Below are positions 1 to 9,010 of a DNA stretch of 64,000 nt, in pieces. The stretch covers positions 869 to 64,868 of the forward strand of contig JAIPFY010000006.1 of NCBI GenBank assembly GCA_021736385.1. Reading direction: 5' to 3'. The notes below the pieces were generated by a model. The model ran no database searches and had not been told where the DNA came from. It saw nothing but the letters and a program-made list of their open reading frames with translations. The translations under genes were made by a program, and so were the position numbers. The stretch's first letter is position 1, and each line of letters starts with the position of its first letter. Source of the DNA: Spirochaetia bacterium. Its GTDB lineage: Bacteria; Spirochaetota; Spirochaetia; CAKZLE01.

Positions 1-1536
1 CGAGAAGGAGAATCCCAGTTCGTGGGCGATCCTCGAGAAGTTGACATCCTTCTGCCGCTCTGTCGCAGAATGGCGTCCCTCATACTGGGCATTCTCCAGA
101 TTACGAACCATCCCGTCACTATGGTTGTTCAGCAGCAGGATCTTCACTGGAAGCTCAAGGGTACCGACAGTATGGAGCTCTCCCATGTTCATACGCATAC
201 TTCCGTCACCATCGATGACGAACACACTTGCCTCGGGATTGGCTATGCAGGCACCGATCGCGGAGGGCAGGCCAAAGCCCATGGTCCCGAAACTCCCGGA
301 GGTAAGGAACCTTCGTGGTCTTCTCATCTTCAGATACTGTGCACTGAGCATCTGATGGTTACCGACTCCGGTGGAGATGATGCAATCCTCTGGAAGCCTG
401 GTACTCAGCAGCTCAATGACTTCAGCCTGCTGCAGCGCAGCAGCACCGCGGTTGTAATCCAAGGGCCAGCTGTTCTTTGTCGCTATGCACTCATCTCTCC
501 ATCCATCGATATCGAGCGTGATATCATGTTCTTCACCATAAGCGGCCAGCTCATTGAGGATCCCTGCAGCATCACCGATGACAGAGAACTCAGGGAACCG
601 CTCTTCTCTGATCTGTCGTACTTTCACGGTGTTGATATCGACATAGGCGATCTTCGCGTCTATAGCGAACCCGACCTTCTCAGCGACTCGGTCATCCCAG
701 CGCACTCCGATGGCAAAGAAGAAATCATTCTCCTGGATCACCATGTTGGCTGCAGGGGTACCGTACATGCCCAGCATACCCATCGACTCTGATGCATACT
801 CATCGATGACACCTTTACCCAGCAACGTGTTCACTGAGGGGATGCGGTATCGCTGGTTGAAGCGTCTGAGAGCTGCGGTGGAAGCATCACTGCTCAGACC
901 GCCGCCAAGATAGAGCAGGGGTCTCTTTGCCGCCTTGAGCAGGCTGAAGAACTGTTCACACTGCACAGGAGAGAGGTGCTTCTCATCGTGATAGACATCT
1001 TCGAAGAATTGTTTGGACAGTTCTCTGTAGTTCGATGACTCTTTCTGCAAGTTAATGGGCATATCAAGGACGACAGGTCCCGGTTTACCCGACTGTGCAT
1101 AGACATATGCATCCTTGACGACCGTTTCGATCTCATCGACACTGTTGATGAGGATGACTTTCTTCGCTGTGGCGCCAAAGACACGGGAGACATCTATGTG
1201 CTGAAAGGAATCGGTCCCGAGTTTGTGTTCGGGAACCTGTCCGGCAATGACGATCATAGGTATGGAGTCTGCATAGGCATCCGCTACGGCGGTGAGCGTA
1301 TTGGTGATCGCGGGACCGGAGGTGACGATGGCGACACCGACACTCGTTCCCGACCGTGAGAACCCTGCGGCACTGAAAGCGGCAGACTGTTCGTTCGCAT
1401 TGACGATGATCTTGACGCCCTGTTTTGCCAGTTCATCCATGACAGGAAGGATAGCCGCTCCGGTATACCCGAAGATCTGCTTCACTCCAAGATCTTTAAG
1501 ACTCCTAACAAGAATTTCTGCTCCGTTGAACACCAT
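1..1536 (-). CDS. Thiamine-pyrophosphate-dependent enzyme, acetolactate synthase large-subunit-like. Partial: the C-terminus runs off the window start.
   Basis: Reverse-strand translation from the ATG at 1536 gives MVFNGAEILVRSLKDLGVKQIFGYTGAAILPVMDELAKQG..NANEQSAAFSAAGFSRSGTSVGVAIVTSGPAIT, and at 181-300 GFGLPSAIGACIANPEASVFVIDGDGSMRMNMG, which is the TPP-binding GDGS..N motif. The frame is open for all 512 codons to position 1. The + ORF 22..792 is its antisense shadow. Confidence 0.8.
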   Translation of the reverse strand, partial: MVFNGAEILVRSLKDLGVKQIFGYTGAAILPVMDELAKQGVKIIVNANEQSAAFSAAGFSRSGTSVGVAIVTSGPAITNTLTAVADAYADSIPMIVIAGQVPEHKLGTDSFQHIDVSRVFGATAKKVILINSVDEIETVVKDAYVYAQSGKPGPVVLDMPINLQKESSNYRELSKQFFEDVYHDEKHLSPVQCEQFFSLLKAAKRPLLYLGGGLSSDASTAALRRFNQRYRIPSVNTLLGKGVIDEYASESMGMLGMYGTPAANMVIQENDFFFAIGVRWDDRVAEKVGFAIDAKIAYVDINTVKVRQIREERFPEFSVIGDAAGILNELAAYGEEHDITLDIDGWRDECIATKNSWPLDYNRGAAALQQAEVIELLSTRLPEDCIISTGVGNHQMLSAQYLKMRRPRRFLTSGSFGTMGFGLPSAIGACIANPEASVFVIDGDGSMRMNMGELHTVGTLELPVKILLLNNHSDGMVRNLENAQYEGRHSATERQKDVNFSRIAHELGFSFS

Positions 1537-1611
1537 GTGTACCTGCCTTTATCCAGTATGTAGTATCGATTTCCTGCAACCTGTGTGTATGCAGGGATAG
1601 CTGTTTCGCTA

Positions 1612-1968
1612 TCAGAACGTAAGGACCTTATCTGACTCCTGAACCCAGGTTGCCAGTCTTCCCATCGTAGATGATTCTGCACCTGCATAGTAGGGTTCAT
1701 TCTTATGGATACCGCAGCGTGCCATGCAGGTACCGCATACCTCTACCGTGATCCCAGATCTGATCAGATCCTTGAGCATCGCTTTCAGGTCCTGATCATA
1801 TCCTTCGGGTCTGACACAGCTCTCCCGAGCCATATCGACTGAGTCATTCATGAGGAACACTCGTACGGTCTCTCCCTGCTGCTGCAGGACTGATGCGAGG
1901 CGTAATCCGTTCCATGTGACATCAGTCCCGTCGTAGGGTGGGCGGTTGAAGATGATGAGGGTACTCAT
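1612..1968 (-). CDS. DsrE/DsrF/TusD-like sulfur-relay family small protein
   Basis: ORF 1612..2004. The internal ATG at 1968 has a GGAG ribosome-binding site 11 nt upstream. The sequence MSTLIIFNRPPYDGTDVTWNGLRLASVLQQQGETVRVFLMNDSV..CGTCMARCG is typical of the DsrE/YchN fold with conserved Cys. Confidence 0.6.
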   Translation of the reverse strand: MSTLIIFNRPPYDGTDVTWNGLRLASVLQQQGETVRVFLMNDSVDMARESCVRPEGYDQDLKAMLKDLIRSGITVEVCGTCMARCGIHKNEPYYAGAESSTMGRLATWVQESDKVLTF

Positions 1969-2144
1969 GTGGTATACATCTCCCTTGTGATGTTGGGATC
2001 TCAAGGCATATGGGTTGATTGCCCTGAGTAGTCATATGCAGTTTTTACTATATGTGTATTATACAGATCTTGTCAATCATGTCAGAGTGTTTTTTGCTGC
2101 AGAACTGGTGCTGATACCCGGACAGCTGACGATCTATGATCGCT

Positions 2145-2990
2145 TCACAGCGGCAGTCTCTTTCTGCGGAACACCAGGATCGATGCTGCAAACAGGAGGA
2201 GTGCGACTGCCAGATACCATAGATTTACTCGTGCTTCAGTATTGCCTGAAGCTACGGAGATGGGATCGTACCAACCGTAGATGGAGAGATCTTTGAGCAC
2301 CTTTGCTTCTGCAGTGACTCCTCCAAGGATATTCATCAGCAGAAATGCGATCGGTATACCTGCGCCAAGGGCGGTAGCTCGTCCGGTATCGTTGAACAGA
2401 CAGGAGAAGAAGAAACAGATCATCATGACTACCATATTCACCAGCATGGTCGTCACATTGAGCATGAAGAACCCCTGAACATCAAGTAGACCGGGGAACG
2501 CGACAGAACAAGCTAGGACACCGAGGCCGAAGAGGGCAGCAAACAGAACTGCTATGGAGATCATCGCATAGAGCCCCTGAGTCAGGATGATGGTACTCCT
2601 GGAGTTGGGAGAAGAGAGCAGATACGCGAAGGAACTGTCATCGACCATCTTCACTACCAGTCTGTTTCCCAGCAGTACGCAGTAGACCAGGGGAAAACCC
2701 AGCATCAGCAGCCCGTAGAGCCAGCTTGCAAGGTAGGAGTTCACATCGGTTATCATGCTGGAAAACCCCATGGCAGACATCATCTGTTCGGGGAACAGGT
2801 CCAGCATAGCTGTGATCGCTTCCATATCATGGGGATCATACATGGCGATCATGATCGTCATATAGAGGGTCAGCACACTCAAGAACAGGATGAACAGCGA
2901 ACGGTTCTTTCGTATCGTAGCCTTGAACAGGGGTCTACAGATCATGGTCATCATACTCCTTGTCGTAGAACTGCATGAACACGTGCTCAA
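2145..2990 (-). CDS. ABC-2 type transporter permease
   Basis: Multi-TM hydrophobic protein with a TTG start. Its start overlaps the 3' end of the upstream ABC ATPase gene, the typical exporter operon layout. Confidence 0.65.
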   Translation of the reverse strand: MSTCSCSSTTRSMMTMICRPLFKATIRKNRSLFILFLSVLTLYMTIMIAMYDPHDMEAITAMLDLFPEQMMSAMGFSSMITDVNSYLASWLYGLLMLGFPLVYCVLLGNRLVVKMVDDSSFAYLLSSPNSRSTIILTQGLYAMISIAVLFAALFGLGVLACSVAFPGLLDVQGFFMLNVTTMLVNMVVMMICFFFSCLFNDTGRATALGAGIPIAFLLMNILGGVTAEAKVLKDLSIYGWYDPISVASGNTEARVNLWYLAVALLLFAASILVFRRKRLPL

Positions 2991-3834
2991 GAGACTGCTG
3001 CTTCATCTCAAGATCCCTTACGGTACATCTGGCGGCGGTCTTGATGAACTGGTCCATGCGGTCCCCGGTGATGAACACCTCGATGATCGTATCATCAACG
3101 GAAGAGACCTCAAACCCGGCATGACGCAGCAGCTTCTCAGCAGCAGCTGCGTCATCGCAGCTGAGCAGATACCCTCTGCGCCGGGTATCTTTGAGCGTCT
3201 GGATATCAGTCTTGCTGATGATCATACCATCCCTGATGATGAGTACCTGATCACACGTTCTCTCCACCTCCTCAAAGCTGTGGCTGGACATCAATATGGT
3301 CTTACCCCTCTGTTTCCAGTCCTTGATCAATTCGATGAATCGGTTCTGCATCAGGGGGTCAAGACCGCTTGTAGGCTCATCAAGGATCAGGACATCGGGA
3401 TCATGCATACAGGAGGTGACGATTGCGAGCTTCTGTTTCATGCCCTTTGAGAACTTCCTGATGCTGCCCCTCGGATCCAGTTCAAAGCGTTCCAGCAGCT
3501 GCTTCTGGAGCCTCTGGTCTGATAGCCCTCGCATCTCGAGCATGAAACTGAGGAACTCATCGCCCTTCATGCCATCGATGAAGGTGATCTCTCCGGGGAT
3601 GTAACCCAGTGTCCTCTGGATCTCGGGGGCCTGTTTCTGACAGTCCAGACCGCCAATCGTGCAGCTGCCTGAATCTGGCAGCATGAAACCCAGAAGTGCT
3701 CGTATTGTGGTGGTCTTACCAGCACCGTTCGGACCAAGGTATCCCATCACTTCTCCCCGGGCAACCGAGAAGTCCAGAGCGTGAACTCCCTTCCCGCTGG
3801 GATAGGTCAGACTCATAGCATTCACTTTGATCAT
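2935..3834 (-). CDS. ABC transporter ATP-binding protein
   Basis: Walker A GPNGAGKTT, signature LSKGMKQKL, Walker B ILILDEPTSGLD and an H-loop. Start chosen at MIKVNAMSLTY (ATG 3834) inside ORF 2935..3978. Confidence 0.85.
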   Translation of the reverse strand: MIKVNAMSLTYPSGKGVHALDFSVARGEVMGYLGPNGAGKTTTIRALLGFMLPDSGSCTIGGLDCQKQAPEIQRTLGYIPGEITFIDGMKGDEFLSFMLEMRGLSDQRLQKQLLERFELDPRGSIRKFSKGMKQKLAIVTSCMHDPDVLILDEPTSGLDPLMQNRFIELIKDWKQRGKTILMSSHSFEEVERTCDQVLIIRDGMIISKTDIQTLKDTRRRGYLLSCDDAAAAEKLLRHAGFEVSSVDDTIIEVFITGDRMDQFIKTAARCTVRDLEMKQQSLEHVFMQFYDKEYDDHDL

Positions 3835-4163
3835 CAGTATGACTCCCGTACTATGATCAGGCATCAGGATATGACCCGATGGTATGATCGAGTTCACTCT
3901 GCATGATACACCAGCATACACGCAAAGTACAGACAACATCACATCAGGATATGAACCGGAGATGATCACTGCCACCATCGAGAGAAGAGATATGGACAGG
4001 TGCCGTCGAGATCATCGGAGAGGTATCGTCTTGGAATGTCCGCTCTTTTCGCAGAGTCGATCAATGACATGATCGATCTGCGAGCATGTTTGTGATGGTG
4101 ATCCTCAGAGGCAGTGATGCACATGAAGAGCAGGTTGGACAACAGACAGGAGGGAATGGGAGA

Positions 4164-5147
4164 TCATAGCACCACAGACCAGAGAAGGCTTACCGTATAG
4201 GCAATATAGGCGGTGAGCAGGAATGCTCCCTCGAATCTGTTGATACGACCGGGTCTGCCTCTGAAGCCGTACCCGATGATGAACAGAGAGAGGGTAAGGA
4301 CACCCATGATGGTCATATCACGGGTCAGCGTCTCCATCTCAAGCTGGATCGGCTGTATGGCAGCTGCAATACCCACGACGGCGAGTGTGTTGAAGATGTT
4401 CGAACCAAGAACATTCCCGATAGCCAGGTCATGTTCTCCCTTCTTTGCAGCCATGATCGAGGCTGCAAGCTCGGGTAAGGAGGTCCCTATCGCCACGATG
4501 GTCAATCCTATGACCATATCGCTGATGCCGAACAGAGACGCGAGGGTGACAGCCCCCCACACCAGGATACGGGAACTGACCACCAGCATGACCACTCCGA
4601 TGATGAGCCAGATGAACGATCGCTGTATCGTCATGGGATGGCTTGCTGTCTCGATCTCAACTTCGGCAGAGAGGGAGTCTTCTGATTGCTGTAAACCCTG
4701 ATAGATGCTCCAGCCGATCAGGAGTGCGAATACCCCAAGAAGTATCGCAGCATCGAGATGTGATACGGTAAGGTCTGAAAGAAGGATGATAGAGAGGATG
4801 GTCAGTGAGGAGAGAACCGGCAGTTCTTTCTTGAGTATTCCCGAATGGACACTCAAGGGGCTGATCATGGCTGAGATACCGAGGATCAGGGCGATATTCG
4901 CTATATTCGAACCATAGGCGTTCCCTATGGCAAGCCCGGGATTCCCCTCCATCGCCGAGATCGCAGAGACGATCATCTCTGGAGCGGAGGTGCCGAAGCC
5001 GATGATGACCATACCTATGAGCAGGGGAGGCAGGTGGAAGTACCGTGCTACAGATGCAGCTCCCTCTACGAAGCGGTCTGCACTCCAGAGAAGAAGTCCA
5101 AGTCCCAGTAGTACGGCTCCGATCGCTGTAAGCATATATGATCCCAC
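4164..5147 (-). CDS. CaCA-family Na+/Ca2+ exchanger (YrbG-like) membrane protein
   Basis: Two internal alpha-repeats carry GTSAPE and GTSLPEL motifs, with about 10 TM helices. Confidence 0.8.
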   Translation of the reverse strand: MGSYMLTAIGAVLLGLGLLLWSADRFVEGAASVARYFHLPPLLIGMVIIGFGTSAPEMIVSAISAMEGNPGLAIGNAYGSNIANIALILGISAMISPLSVHSGILKKELPVLSSLTILSIILLSDLTVSHLDAAILLGVFALLIGWSIYQGLQQSEDSLSAEVEIETASHPMTIQRSFIWLIIGVVMLVVSSRILVWGAVTLASLFGISDMVIGLTIVAIGTSLPELAASIMAAKKGEHDLAIGNVLGSNIFNTLAVVGIAAAIQPIQLEMETLTRDMTIMGVLTLSLFIIGYGFRGRPGRINRFEGAFLLTAYIAYTVSLLWSVVL

Positions 5148-5585
5148 CTGTGTGCTTCAAGATATGGAGCTACGATGACCGATGCAGTTGATCACTGCTT
5201 CGGTGCAGACGCTCCAGTGGTTTGTAGCATACTACATTTCCATGGGTTTGATAAATAGATACCCTACAGATTACGGTAGACTCATGGCAGTTGCCCCGGT
5301 GTGTACCGTAACAGAAAGACTCCTGGTTCATAGGGCGAATCCTGAACCAGGGGTCATATAACCATTCACGAAGAAATGTCTTCAACTGCTGTATCAGGGA
5401 TCCATGACAAAGAGCTGGTCTGCTCCCAGGCACAGCCTCTATGCGATATGGACCCCGTAGCTGCAGTGATCATGACAGGTCACATACAGTGCGATCTCTG
5501 CTGTTTCTGCTATAGCATCTCGATTCCAAAGAGGCTGCATAGCCTATGAATCACCCTCCAGAAGATTCAGACCCTAATAAGAAAA

Positions 5586-5623
5586 GACCCGTCGTTCCGG
5601 GGGTTATACCGGAACGACGGGTC
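5586..5623 (-). terminator. Rho-independent terminator for ssrA
   Basis: Perfect 15-bp inverted repeat gacccgtcgttccgg / ccggaacgacgggtc. On the minus-strand transcript it is followed by UUUUCUUAUU. Confidence 0.55.
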
Positions 5624-5627
5624 TCTC

Positions 5628-5985
5628 TGGAGGTGGCGGGAATCGAACCCGCGTCCTACTGGGCCGTTACATGACGTCTACAAGCTTATTCCCATGTGTT
5701 GTTTCACGATACCTTAGCCACAGGACCAACTGCAGTATCGCTACGCCGAAATGGTGTCCCTTTCATAACGTCGGTATATATGAAGGTGAGTCCTGGAAGT
5801 GTTACAGATGACGTTGAATTCAGGACTGCGTCCAACGTATCCGTTACAGCGTTACTACGCTGCTAAAGCAAAAGATGCTTCGTTGTTTTCTTCAGCAATT
5901 AAATAAATGCCCTGTTTAAGGAGTTTGACGACTCCGCTGCAACCATGTAACCAACAATCCAATAGTCGAAACCAGTGCACCCCCC
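5628..5985 (-). ncRNA. ssrA: tmRNA (transfer-messenger RNA)
   Basis: The 3' end ...GUAGGACGCGGGUUCGAUUCCCGCCACCUCCA matches E. coli ...GGACGCGGGUUCAACUCCCGCCAGCUCCA. The 5' end GGGGGUGCACUGGUUUCGAC matches E. coli GGGGCUGAUUCUGGAUUCGAC. The acceptor stem pairs 5' GGGGGUG with 3' CACCUCC. An internal tag frame reads GCU GAA GAA AAC AAC GAA GCA UCU UUU GCU UUA GCA GCG UAG UAA, giving AEENNEASFALAA followed by two stops. Its partner smpB lies immediately upstream. Confidence 0.85.
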
Positions 5986-6039
5986 GGGTGCATCATCATA
6001 ATACTCACATTCGTGGAAAAAGGAAAGAGGGAATGATCG

Positions 6040-6495
6040 CTAATCGTGCTTAATCTGCCTCTGAGCATCACGTTTTTGATCTCGCTCACGTATCGTGTTG
6101 CGCTTATCATGCAGCTTCTTCCCACGACCGAGTGAGATCTCTATCTTGATCAGACTGTTCTTGAAATAGATCTTCGTCGGGACGAGCGTGAAGCCCTTCT
6201 CATCGATCTTTCGTTTCAGACGTTTGATCTCCTGCTTCGAGGCAAGCAGGATACGATCCCGATCGGGTTCATGATTGTTGATGCTGCCGAATATATAGGG
6301 TGATATATGCAGACTCTTCAGGACCAGCTGCCCGTTGATGATACGCACATACGAATCACCGAACGAGAACTTCCCGTTCCTGATGGACTTCACTTCGGTC
6401 CCTTCGAGGACGATACCGCATTCAAGAGATTCAACGATCTCATAATTGAAATAGGCCTTCTTGTTCTTCTGTATGATCTTTATCGCATTACTCAT
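6040..6495 (-). CDS. smpB: SsrA-binding protein SmpB
   Basis: 151 aa. YFNYEIVESLECGIVLEGTEVKSIRNGKFSFGDSYVRI and the C-terminal GKKLHDKR..R basic tail align with E. coli SmpB. Confidence 0.9.
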   Translation of the reverse strand: MSNAIKIIQKNKKAYFNYEIVESLECGIVLEGTEVKSIRNGKFSFGDSYVRIINGQLVLKSLHISPYIFGSINNHEPDRDRILLASKQEIKRLKRKIDEKGFTLVPTKIYFKNSLIKIEISLGRGKKLHDKRNTIRERDQKRDAQRQIKHD

Positions 6496-6503
6496 CAGTA
6501 GTG

Positions 6504-7970
6504 TTATCTCTCCTGCAGGATGGTCCTGAAACCGATATACGGAGAGCAGCTCTCCGCACCTATGGAACCACGTGTGTACGTATGGATGCCGGAATTCTCA
6601 TAGCTTCCTCCCTTGACGGTCATCTGGACCGGGGAAGGGGGGATCGACAGCTGATGTGCAGACAGCCCATCATAGGTGAACAGATGACCATTGGGCACAT
6701 ACGGGGTGGCCGTCAGCTCCCAGAGACTGCCGAAGAGCCCGGTCAGGTGACTCACCGGTTCTGAGAGCATCAGCAGACGATTACTATAGGAATTCTCTGC
6801 CAGAGAGAGAACTGCTGCGCTTTCCCACTGTGCATCTGAGGGCAGGGTGCATACCAGATCATAGCCCTGATCCTGCAGCACAGAGGAGTACCAGCTGCAG
6901 TAGGCTGCAGCCGCATGGTAGGAGATGCCACGAACCGACCGGTCAGTGGGGTTCTCAAGATCCACACCCTGGAGGTACATCTGATCTGCCAGTCCCTCAT
7001 CGATCAATGACTCCAGGTTATCTGCAGCCCAAAGAGGATCCTGTTTGGTGAACGAAGCAAACTGCTTCTCTGTGATCTCGTTATGGGCCATGTAGTAGGC
7101 AGGAACAGCTGCAGTGTACGGCAGTTCCGTGAATACTGCAGACCCGTCTGCATCACCGAGAAGCATCTGGTCGATCTGCGGGAAGTAGGTATACATGCGA
7201 CCGTCCAGCTCAAAACTCTCGTTCGGGAGCGCCATAGTGGTTCCCGGGACCTCTCCCAGCAGTCTCCCGATATCGGAGATCTGATCCCCCTCCATGAACG
7301 AAGAGACCAGATTGAATGCATGAGTGTTCCGTATGGGGGCTGTGACGGTAGGATCAAGCAGCTCAAGAGCTGCGAGGAAGTCATCGTACATCTCTTCTGA
7401 GACGATATAGCCCAGAGCAGCATACATGAACTGTTCAGAGAGCTGATGGTCATCGTTTCCCGTGCCGACGAGATCCAACGCAGTTCTCTGCAGGATCTCA
7501 GGATAGAAATAGGTCTCACTGTACTGTCGCACAGGTGACCAGGCGGCAACCGAAGCAAGACGCCATGAGAGATACGAGTTCAGGTCTGTCAGAGAGAGCT
7601 CTGCCTCATAGCTCACCTTTCGTGCTGAGAACAGGGAACCGAAGATTCTGCCCGGTACTGAGACGGTGCCGAGGGAACGATCCTCGAAGTAGGGCTTGGT
7701 CACTACCAGCGTATGATCCCCCTTGGGAACGAAGACCGGCTGTGAGGAATCCCCTGCATAGATCCCATCTACCCAGAGAGCTCCCTGGGGTACGTTGGTC
7801 TCCACGGTGATGAGTGCACCATTGTGCAGGATGCCCGGGAGGATCAGGATGGCAAACAGGAGGAGCATAACGGCAAGGATATAGAGAACGGGAATATAGC
7901 GCACAGGCTGTATACCGAAGATCGGCTTGAGGATGACCCGGTCTTCGGTGGTGATATCTGGTTTCTTCAT
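6504..7970 (-). CDS. Membrane-anchored protein with a C-terminal FGE-sulfatase (SUMF1/EgtB-like) domain
   Basis: One N-terminal TM helix. The C-terminal half contains ISYHAAAAYCSWYS..LPSDAQWESAA, GSLWELTATPY, KGGSY and IGFR, which match the conserved blocks of the FGE-sulfatase domain. Confidence 0.6.
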   Translation of the reverse strand: MKKPDITTEDRVILKPIFGIQPVRYIPVLYILAVMLLLFAILILPGILHNGALITVETNVPQGALWVDGIYAGDSSQPVFVPKGDHTLVVTKPYFEDRSLGTVSVPGRIFGSLFSARKVSYEAELSLTDLNSYLSWRLASVAAWSPVRQYSETYFYPEILQRTALDLVGTGNDDHQLSEQFMYAALGYIVSEEMYDDFLAALELLDPTVTAPIRNTHAFNLVSSFMEGDQISDIGRLLGEVPGTTMALPNESFELDGRMYTYFPQIDQMLLGDADGSAVFTELPYTAAVPAYYMAHNEITEKQFASFTKQDPLWAADNLESLIDEGLADQMYLQGVDLENPTDRSVRGISYHAAAAYCSWYSSVLQDQGYDLVCTLPSDAQWESAAVLSLAENSYSNRLLMLSEPVSHLTGLFGSLWELTATPYVPNGHLFTYDGLSAHQLSIPPSPVQMTVKGGSYENSGIHTYTRGSIGAESCSPYIGFRTILQER

Positions 7971-8035
7971 AAGTGGTAGATTATCGCTGTGGTATTAACT
8001 TGTCAACCGAAAGCTATTATGATAGGTTTTATTCA

Positions 8036-9010
8036 ATGAAAATCACAAGCGAAAGACTGGTACTGTGGACCGAAGCAGGTCTCACACGACGAAAGGCGAA
8101 GAAACGGATCGTCCAAGAGAAGAATAGACAGAAAGGGCCGATACGTGAATGGATCGAAGCTATCCTCTGGGCCGTGATGATCGTGTTCCTGATCAATCAG
8201 TTCATCTTCCAGCTCTATCAGATACCCTCATCCTCCATGGAGGATACCCTGCTGATCAAGGACCGGGTCTTTGTCAACAAGGCGATCTTCGGTCCCGAAC
8301 TCTATCCTGGAGGACCGAAGATCTTCGATGCGGTCCGGCCCTCCCGCGATGATATCATCATCTTCCAGAATCCCGAGTATGTCTCGAGGGGACCGGTGTT
8401 CGATGTGATGAACCGGGTGATCTATATGATCACCCTCTCTCTGGTGAACATCGACAAGGATGAACAGGGCAACCCAAGAGCTCAGCTCTATGTGAAACGG
8501 GCACTCGGATACGGAGGGGATACCATCAGCTTCGAACAGGGAGATATCTCCATACAGCCTGCCGGATATGAACAGGCAGTGACAGAAGAGCTCTTCAGAT
8601 CAGAGGCGAATCTGCCGGTCCACCATAAACGACTGTTCACCGAAGATGATTATACGGCGTTCACCGCCTATGCACAGGTGCAGGCCTATACGAAAGAGAA
8701 CATCCAGATCTCATCACAGCTGCAGCAGCAGGCAGCCCCGGCCGGTTCGGGACTGAGAGATTACCTGCATATCTACAAGAGCTTCTATGACCTGAGAGCC
8801 AAGATCTCCCCGCACGATCCTACCGTCCGATCAGAACTCGCCCGCTACGATAACGGCTTCTACATACCCGAGGGGTATATCCTGCCCATCGGTGATAACC
8901 GGGACAACTCGGGAGACGGCAGGTATTTCGGACCGGTGGCTGAATCAGAGATGCTCGGAAAAGCCTACTTCAGATTCTGGCCCCTCAACCGTATCGGTCT
9001 TCTGCATTGA
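8036..9010 (+). CDS. lepB: Signal peptidase I
   Basis: The SSMEDTL box (catalytic Ser), KRALGYGGD and the GDNRDNSGDGRYFGPV box are present. Start chosen at MKITSERL (ATG 8036) within ORF 7973..9010. Confidence 0.85.
   Translation: MKITSERLVLWTEAGLTRRKAKKRIVQEKNRQKGPIREWIEAILWAVMIVFLINQFIFQLYQIPSSSMEDTLLIKDRVFVNKAIFGPELYPGGPKIFDAVRPSRDDIIIFQNPEYVSRGPVFDVMNRVIYMITLSLVNIDKDEQGNPRAQLYVKRALGYGGDTISFEQGDISIQPAGYEQAVTEELFRSEANLPVHHKRLFTEDDYTAFTAYAQVQAYTKENIQISSQLQQQAAPAGSGLRDYLHIYKSFYDLRAKISPHDPTVRSELARYDNGFYIPEGYILPIGDNRDNSGDGRYFGPVAESEMLGKAYFRFWPLNRIGLLH

Noticed and set aside
22-792. 256-aa + strand ORF at the window start
   Set aside because: It is the antisense shadow of the minus-strand TPP-dependent enzyme, whose translation shows the GDGS..N TPP-binding motif. 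The + ORF product is low-complexity, and its first codon is GTG.
2478-3296. Possible 1-nt indel or frameshift in the ABC permease/ATPase overlap region
   Set aside because: The apparent 1-nt discrepancy lies between my hand-indexed positions and the ORF-track coordinates. It is most likely a counting artefact on my side. Both genes translate cleanly. The permease uses a TTG start.
5916-6125. 69-aa minus ORF overlapping the smpB 3' end and the ssrA 5' end
   Set aside because: It overlaps the tmRNA 5' acceptor region and the smpB stop. There is no ribosome-binding site, and it is explained by the RNA gene.
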